A stretch of 64,000 nucleotides of DNA from Chrysomallon squamiferum (taxonomy: Eukaryota; Animalia; Mollusca). The notes beneath the pieces are model-generated. The model searched no databases. It was not told the DNA's origin and saw nothing but the letters and a program-made list of their open reading frames with translations. The stretch's first letter is position 1, and every line of letters starts with the position of its first letter. The stretch is taken from positions 2,046,001 to 2,110,000 of the forward strand of contig CM022666.1 of assembly GCA_012295275.1 (NCBI GenBank). Direction: 5' to 3'. A program made the position numbers and the translations under genes. Shown piece by piece: positions 55,790 to 64,000 of the stretch.

Positions 55790-57909
55790 TATTATTATTA
55801 TTATTATTATTAATTTCATATACCAAATATTTATTGAATAAAAATATTAATTATTACTTATTGTGAAGTTTTCAAGTAAGCACAAAATAATCGCCTAGTC
55901 TGAAAACAGTGCAGTCAGATGTATTTTCAAGTTTAATGTTCGTTAAATTTGTTAACAGCTAAGTGAGAATTCAAGACCAGCTTTCTCACTCACTGTCGAT
56001 TAAACTAAGGGAGGCAACTCTTATCGACTTATTATTTCGCTTACTTATGTTCCTGTGAAATCGTGATATTAAATAAATAAATAACTAAATAACTAAATAA
56101 ATAAAAAGATTTACAAAAAGAGAAACAAATATTTGATTTAAACATGCAACCAAATGTATGTATAAATAAAAAGGTTTACAAAAAGAGAAACAAATATTTG
56201 ATTTAAACATGCAACCAAATGTATGTATGTATGTATGTATGTATATCGAACCGACGTTTGCAATGCTTTATTATTTTTTACATGTACGTTGTACGTAATG
56301 ATGTTATGAAAAAAGTCTTGTGTATTTTTGTGTATCTTTATATTCAGAAGCTGTTGGCTGTTTTTAAGGATTAAAAGAAAACATTACATTGAAGCATACA
56401 AAACATATTTATAGAATGCTGTTTCCCAAGTTATTAAAACGACTGGAAATAAAAATCTTGTTTTATACAAATGATTTCTACCTGTGATATATGTTCCGAG
56501 TTATTTGTAAATACAGTCGTCTGCTAGAGTTATTTTCGATGCATTTTACCTTTTTGTTTATAAATAAACTTTCTGTTATTATTGTTGTTTGTTTGTTGTT
56601 ATTGCTCCTGTTTTATTGTGTTATATATAGGTGTTTGAGTGTGTGTGTGTTTTTGTGTAACTGACGTGTTAGTTAAATTATCGCTAAATTACCGAGTCGA
56701 CAGAAGAAAACAAAATAACAATAAAAAATAAATGTTCCTGTTATTGTAAATAAAAACTCCTTTTGCTTGTAAATGTCTTATACTCAAATGTTATTCTACC
56801 CTGGACGTCTTTTAAAGCTGCTATCTGCTACAGGCCAAAACCTTCTATTTAGTGACAATAATAATAAAAAAAACAGTTTACTGAAATAAACCCGATATCT
56901 TTTCAACATTCACAAAACACCCAAAATAACATACCGTGGCATATGAACATACTGTTATTCGATAATTACCATCAATACAATTGCCTGTTCTTCCTGAATG
57001 AAGTCTTGTTTGATTTGATGGCCTTAAAGAATTCCTAATTCTTTTTCTTCTTTTTTTCAAACAAGGACACCCTGGCGCCTTAATTCAAGAAATTGCAATG
57101 AAAGATAAGTTTTCCCACGTTTTGATATTGTTGTAGATGTTTTATGCAATAATGAGCCTCTATCTGAGAGAGATCTTGCGTACGATGTTTGTATGTGTGC
57201 GTGTACGTGTGTATGTATGTGTGAATATATGTGTGTGTGTATGTGTATTTATTTATGTATGTAAGTATCCATGTATAGTTATGTAAATATACATATACAG
57301 GTTAATTATGTGTCTGTGTCTGTATATGAATATAAATTACCTATTAATTGCAAAGAAAAAGGAAAAAACATAAACATTTTAATTCTTTATTATATCACAG
57401 ACATAACTGCATTGTACGATAAAAGTCCATAAATGAAAGTGTTTATTCTGAAATATAATTTGAATATCATTTCTGTTCCTTTTCTTATTTTCTGTTTTCT
57501 TTTTTACTTTTTATTTTTCTTATTTTTTGTTTTCATTTTTTTTTTTTTTTTTTTTTTAAATGTTCTATTTTATTTTAATATATATTATTATACATAACTA
57601 TATATTCATTTGTTGATGCTAGAATAATAATAGTAAAAAAAAATATAGAAACATACGTACGCACACAATGTTACCAACATTCATACATGCATATATACAA
57701 ATATACAAACATTCATACACATATAAACAAATGTTGGGTTTTATTCAACGATTGAATAACAGATAAGCCAAATACAATAATTCAATTACTAGATATTAAA
57801 TATAGCTTTCTGGGTTATACAAAATTTAATTCATTACAGTCATTTTATTAATTAATTATTTCACAAATGGAATTTCATTATTTAATTATTTTTTCTTGAA
57901 AAAAACGTG

Positions 57910-57945
<36 letters not shown>

Positions 57946-58089
57946 TTAAAATTTTTAAAAAGAAGAAGAAGATCGTACAATTTCAAAAACAAATAATTAA
58001 ATCTATAAATACTATTGTTTTTATTATAATAAAATAGTCCAGTCTCGGTTTCACAGAGACTATTGCTATTTGCAGGCGAGGCTAAATAA

Positions 58090-58140
58090 AACAAGCAATC
58101 CCGGAAGTAGTGGCTTAGTGAACCAGTGCAGGTCAAATGT
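58090..58140 (+). promoter_or_regulatory. Putative promoter with ETS-type motif CCGGAAGT
   Basis: ccggaagt at about 58101-58108 in a CpG-retaining patch about 140 bp upstream of the exon 1 ATG. Confidence 0.35.
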
Positions 58141-58244
58141 CATGGATAAATATGATAGTATGGTGATAGTTTTTCTTCAACGCCGACTGCACACCGATAA
58201 ATAAATTGTGAAAAAGGCAGATGGTGTGACGAGTTCATATCGGC

Positions 58245-58329
58245 ATGGTGGTTAGCATTTCTCGTTTAATACCTTTCAAGAAAATGCGAATAGCTGCAGT
58301 AATATTGCTGGTTATTGTTGTGACGGGCG
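58245..58329 (+). CDS. Exon 1 of an unidentified secreted or membrane protein gene (signal peptide)
   Basis: ATG at 58245 or 58284: (MVVSISRLIPFKK)MRIAAVILLVIVVTG, then G|gtaagt consensus donor (phase 1). Confidence 0.65.
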
Positions 58330-59973
58330 GTAAGTCATTTTTGTAATTTTGTAGTCCTGTTTTGTAGTTTGTTTTATTTAATACATTACTTAGTAGTTAA
58401 GATTATTAGAAACCACTGGTCATTGTCGAATGGAAGCCAAACCTGTTATAACCGTGAATGAGATCGTCGTGGAAGCCGGTTTTTTTTTTTTATTATTATT
58501 ATTATTTAACGTAAATCATTAAATGACAGTTTCGTATCGACATCGATCCATGCATGATGATAGTATTGATACACATCATCCACATTTTCGATATTTATAT
58601 TCGACGTTTGTTTTCGTTTTCTTTTGTATTTTAAGTTCATTTCAAATAAAGGTAATATTAAATTACTTTAAGTAACAGGGATTGTTACAAAGCATTATAA
58701 ATGATTTATTAAATGGATGTGTATTTTAGTGTCATAAATATGAACGTGACATAATGTCTGTGTGTATTGTGTTGATGTATTATCATCAACAGTGAACAAA
58801 AGACAGCATGACAAAGAAAACTAGCAATGATTTTAACTTCTAGTAATATGCTAATAGTTAATTTTATTAATACTAAATAATAATGAAATTTATATAACTT
58901 TTTCTTTCTTTTTTTTTTTTTATTTTTATTTTTTACTTTTATTTTTTTAGTATTTGTTTAATATTAATATTCATATCCTACTGCTGGCCTGTAAAACAAT
59001 TTAGCCCAAATTTAAAAGACAAAGTAACTGTTAAACTTACATACTACTTACTACTTACAATCAAAACACTTGTTTGTAACTACATATCTGTATCTTGAAA
59101 TTACACAGAAATAATCCAGACTTTCTTCCCCAGTGGAACAACTAGGGATATGATTTGCCCAATTTTTCTGAATACCTTGTAAATGAAGACAATAACAAAA
59201 ACAAAAAATACAATGAACTACAAATAATGTTTATTTTATTTAAATAATAATAATTTTTGTGCAGCTGGGTGGTATTGACTGATATGTCATAGGTTGCTGA
59301 CTAGTGTATTGGATGATCAGTTGAAAATCTTGAAGTAATCTTCTGTTCCTTCCTCCAAAATGTCTGGATTTAGAAATAAAAACCAGGTGCAAATCAGTGT
59401 TCAGACTTAAGAATTAAATACAAATTTAAAAACCTGGTCATAACATAAAGGAAACCATCTGGTAACAGCCAGGGTTAAGATTGATCACTGTGTTATTCCT
59501 GAGACTTGTTTTGTTATGTTGTGGACATACTTTATTGTTAGCAAAGGTTGTTGTTCATGAAAGTTTACAAAATCTGTTTAAACTATGTGTTTACTTCGTG
59601 GTAACAGGTGTTTCTCTCTCCAGGTGAATACTTTTCTAAGATATATTTACTTTTTTATCAACCTGGTTTTAATAATAATGTTTTATTTTCCTGTTTTGAT
59701 ACTGGATCAATAAAACATACAGGCATGACACTCATGCATGTATAAAAAGAATACACACACACACACACACATGTAGATTTCTCAGTAAACATACTTACTA
59801 CAAGTTACCTGAATATAAATTTATAAACACTGTGGTTTGCTATTAAATAAATTCTATTCTAATGTAAACAAGGTGTATTAATATTGCATTTATTAAATTT
59901 TTTCCCTAGCATGTGACACTTGTTTGTTAGGACCACACCCACATTAAACCAAACAGCTTTCCACCCCACATTT

Positions 59974-60008
<35 letters not shown>

Positions 60009-61708
60009 TATTTAAAGGATACAAACTAATATTATATTGCACAATTCATTTCAAATATTAGATACAAATACAAAGTCTAAAACACATTTTCTGATAATTC
60101 TTTGTTTTCGTTTAGCCACATCAATTGTCTGATATCTCTGTGTTATATTCCAGCTTGTACAAGTATAGACAGAATTAAGTAAATTAGCAGTCGGACAGTT
60201 GTATGTCATAGGTTCAAGTCTCATCAAAGTCATCTGCCATTTTTTTCTTTCTGTTTTTTTTTTATCAATATATTATTCAGAGGAGTATGACTCTTAGGGG
60301 AAAAAATGAATTACAGAACAAGTTATCCATATGCAAAAAATATATTTATCTATCACATATTATTATTATTTATTTATTTTTTTGTTGTTTAATTAATACT
60401 ATTATTATTGTTGTTTGTTTTAATTTCAAAAACAACAACAACAACAATACTATATTAAATGTTTCTCTTAGTTAGTGAGATGTAAACTCAAATTACTGAG
60501 CAAACTAGGGTGGGGAATTGAAAATGTTGTCTGGGGTAAGAGATGGGAACCAATGTCACAGATTAAATTGCAGCAACATTAAATCTTTGGACATGGAAAT
60601 ATATAGTATAGAGAGCCAGAAGACACAGTAAGATGTATTTTTACATATTCTGAACATTTATGCATTAATCATTATGGGAATGATTTTGCTGGTCCAAGGC
60701 ACCAGATGTTTCATGCACTGTATGTAAACATTTATTTTTATGTTTGTGTATCATGTGCACATGTTATTATATATATACATGTGCATATCAAGGGACTGGT
60801 CCACACTTTTAGAAAGGTGGTTGTTATAAACAAACAATCAAGATGCCTGAGTTGTTAATTTAAATGTTGGTCCAGTGAAATTGGTAATGTGGGTTTGCAT
60901 TAGATGAATCTTTGGAATGAAGTTTAACTGAATGAGCAAAGGTTTAACACATGTATTTATATGTATTTTAATATTTATTTGTCGAAAACATATTTTTTTG
61001 TTAGTACAAATGCTTTTATTAAAATGTCAGTTTTATTAATGTTATTAACAACTATTTTATATGGTTTGTTCACCTTACTAAATGCATATGTGTTTGCTGT
61101 TTTGATTTTATATCAATTCTCGTAACATAAAACATGTCAAAGTATTTTTGGATGGAATGTTTAATACAGATGGGGAAAAGGGAACATCTAAAATATCTGT
61201 CATATTCTATGACCCATAATAATATTGCACAATTCAATTTCAAATATTAGATACAAATACAAAGTCTAGATTGATAATAAAATATCCAGCATCAGCATAC
61301 CTAAATGGTAAATGTTGAGCATCAGCAGCCTAATTTAAATTATTATCATGTATCTTTCTAATGTTACACAGAAATAAAATTTAAACATTGGTCATTGTCT
61401 GAGAAGGGTAAAAGTGGACAGTTCAGCATCAGCATACTAAAATGGTAGGAGATATCCAGCATTGGTAACCCAGTTTAAATTGGGCTTATGAACCAGCTTG
61501 ATTCAAGTCATGCAAAAAAAAAAAAATAATAATAATAATAATTTATCTTTTGAGATTTGAAATAGTGTACAATTACTTCCAGTCAAGTAACTTAAAAATA
61601 TTATTTAACGTGAAAAAGAGGCTTAAAAATGAATAAACTATGATTTTAAATAATTTACATTGTTGATTGTAGTAAGTATACTGTTGAGCAAATTATATGT
61701 ATGTCTGT

Positions 61709-61745
<37 letters not shown>

Positions 61746-61871
61746 ATGCATGCATACATTATTACCAGTTACTGATATCCCAGATATAAGTAAATCCTTT
61801 TAAAATTATAATGTATATTATTTTTATAGATAATTAATATCACCATTTAATGTAACTTTATTTGTTTTCAG

Positions 61872-61908
61872 TTTTGTATGAATCACTGGCAACAGATGGT
61901 ACTTACAG
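61872..61908 (+). CDS. Exon 2 of the same gene (VLYESLATDGTYR)
   Basis: tttgttttcag acceptor, phase 1 in. ACAG|gtttgt donor, phase 2 out. Completes a plausible signal cleavage site SLA-TD. Confidence 0.55.
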
Positions 61909-63782
61909 GTTTGTTTTTTTTTTTAATTTTTTTTTTTTTCCCTTTTATATTTGCCTTTGGGTATATGCATAACCGCAACACACACACACACACACACACA
62001 CAGTGTTTTTCTCTTGTGATAACACTGTTTCAGGGTTGTTGTTTTTTTTAAATTCTCATTCTACTAGAGTAATAATGCATAAAAACAAGTTCTTTATATA
62101 TTAAATTGCTGGATTTATTTTTATTTATTTATTTTATTTTATTACTATTTTTTATTTTTTATTTTTTTATTATTATTCTTCAGAAGCAATTTGTAAAATC
62201 ATGAGATATGTTTTGTATAAATGGAAGCACCCTATGGGGTAAATAAAGAATGAATGTAATGTGTATATGTGTGCTGGGGGTGTGGAGATATATAGATTAA
62301 CAAATAAGTGATTGTATGTATGTATGTGTTTGTATATATAATATATATAGACAGACAGATAGGTGTTTGTATGTATATGTATGTGTGTGTGTGTGTATAA
62401 ATACATAGATAGACTAGACTGACAGATAGGTAAATGTGTGTGTGTGTGTGGCTGTTTATATACATATATCTGTGTATTTATATTTGCACACTGCAATAAT
62501 AAATATATGACAGATTACCCAAAAAGGTACTTAAAGTCATTGAGCATATTTACATTTGTGCACTTCAGAACGGCACTTTTAACCTTTTGTCTTGGTGATT
62601 CCATCAGGTTGGATTATTTTATCCATTAACAATTTAATTTTTAATTAATTGTGTTGTAATTTAAAGACAGACAGACTGGTACGATTACTGGACCATAATA
62701 AGAAAAGGTCGATCAGTGAACCATAATAAGAAAAGGTCAAATTGTCAAGGTGGTGCTGTAAAGCTATACTCTTGTTCATAAAAATCATTACTATCCAGGT
62801 AAATGATTTTCCATGAATAAGAATGTCAGATAATTATGTTAAATGTTCTAAATAATTATCTGTGTAGAAACCATTGTCTTCTCTTTCATACTCTGGTAAA
62901 TGATAATAATGATTCAGTGAACAAGATTTACTCATTAATCAATACACCAATGCATAAAAACAAATAAAGCCTGCTTACAGAGAGAGAGAGTGTCACTGCA
63001 GTTAGTACAATAACAGAACTCTCCAGTACATTGACATTCAGTACTGACAGAGTCAGTGGTTACTATTATAGTGTTGAGTAATTATCTCATCAGAAAATAG
63101 TCCTATATCAAAACACTGCGAAACATGATGTGACAGAATACGTTGAAAAATTGCATCTAACAAATCATCACAGATTTCTTTTTTGACGAATAAATAAATG
63201 GAAACATTAGATGCGAAAAAGGTGACAAAAATCTCGTAAAATTGTCACGACTTTGTAAATAACCTGACTATAATTTCTGTAAAGTTTATCTGTTGCTGTG
63301 ACAGTATAATAAAACAGAGTCAAAGCTTGTCCACAGCAGAAGAAGATGCATAAAATACACAGATGAACATTGTTCCTAGGCAATGGTGGTTACATCTAAA
63401 TAAAAACGTATACCTGAATGCCAAAAGGGATAGATTTCTGTCGAGATATACATTCAGATCATTTACACAATCTTGTTCACACACACAGAGAAATAGGAGT
63501 AATCAGTCCATCTGTGACAGTGTATTGTGTTGCCAAAAAGTGAGGCCCTGACAAAAAAAATTACTGATGATTTATTTTATAACACAAAACCTACAATTCC
63601 TTAGTAGGGCTTGCAATCATTTTATTAAACAAAAAATTGTTTTTGATTTTTGAACATTTTAACAGTTAGTTCTCATATCATACATTTTAGTTTAAAACAA
63701 AAAATTAATAATAAATAAATAAAAACAAATACCAGAAGTACAAATGATTTATAAATTAAATATAAAACTGATGTTATTTCAG

Positions 63783-63860
63783 AGATGCAAGGACAGAGGA
63801 AGCAAGGTTCCAACGCCAGATGGAAATTCTCGATAAGAAAGTTAGAGACTTGGAGAAAGG
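63783..63860 (+). CDS. Exon 3 of the same gene (DARTEEARFQRQMEILDKKVRDLEKG, coiled-coil-like); gene continues beyond the window
   Basis: ttatttcag acceptor, phase 2 in. AAGG|gtaagc donor. Purine-rich and open in the frame set by exons 1-2. Confidence 0.7.
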
Positions 63861-63963
63861 GTAAGCATGCACTTACATTTAATTTATTATTTTTATAAAA
63901 ATATCCATCGTTATACATATTTTTGATGATTCAATCCACACAAAAACAGAGGCGCCTATCTTT

Positions 63964-63996
<33 letters not shown>

Positions 63997-64000
63997 AACA

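Overview
AT-rich, microsatellite-dense eukaryotic DNA with spliced genes, probably from an invertebrate (mollusc-like by inference). Most ORF-track entries are microsatellite artefacts. Read by splice phase, the window contains four gene-level items. (1) About 3.5-30 kb: a rearranged tandem array of a small gene I do not recognise, on the minus strand, with three coding exons and an 88-91 aa product carrying an N-terminal hydrophobic anchor or signal. There are four intact copies and one broken copy, with many amino-acid-changing differences, mosaic copies, an inversion and breakpoints at microsatellites. The ORF track does not show this gene. (2) A minus-strand LRR-Roc-COR (Roco, MFHAS1/MASL1-like) gene at 35743-32068 with several phase-compatible candidate last exons, one of which was duplicated along with the array. 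(3) A plus-strand type II membrane fucosyltransferase-like glycosyltransferase at 53917-55094 split by a 1-nt frameshift. (4) The first three exons of a plus-strand secreted coiled-coil protein gene at 58245-63860 that runs off the window. Two pogo/Tigger-like MITEs and several minisatellites are also present. All gene models were assembled by eye and lack transcript support.
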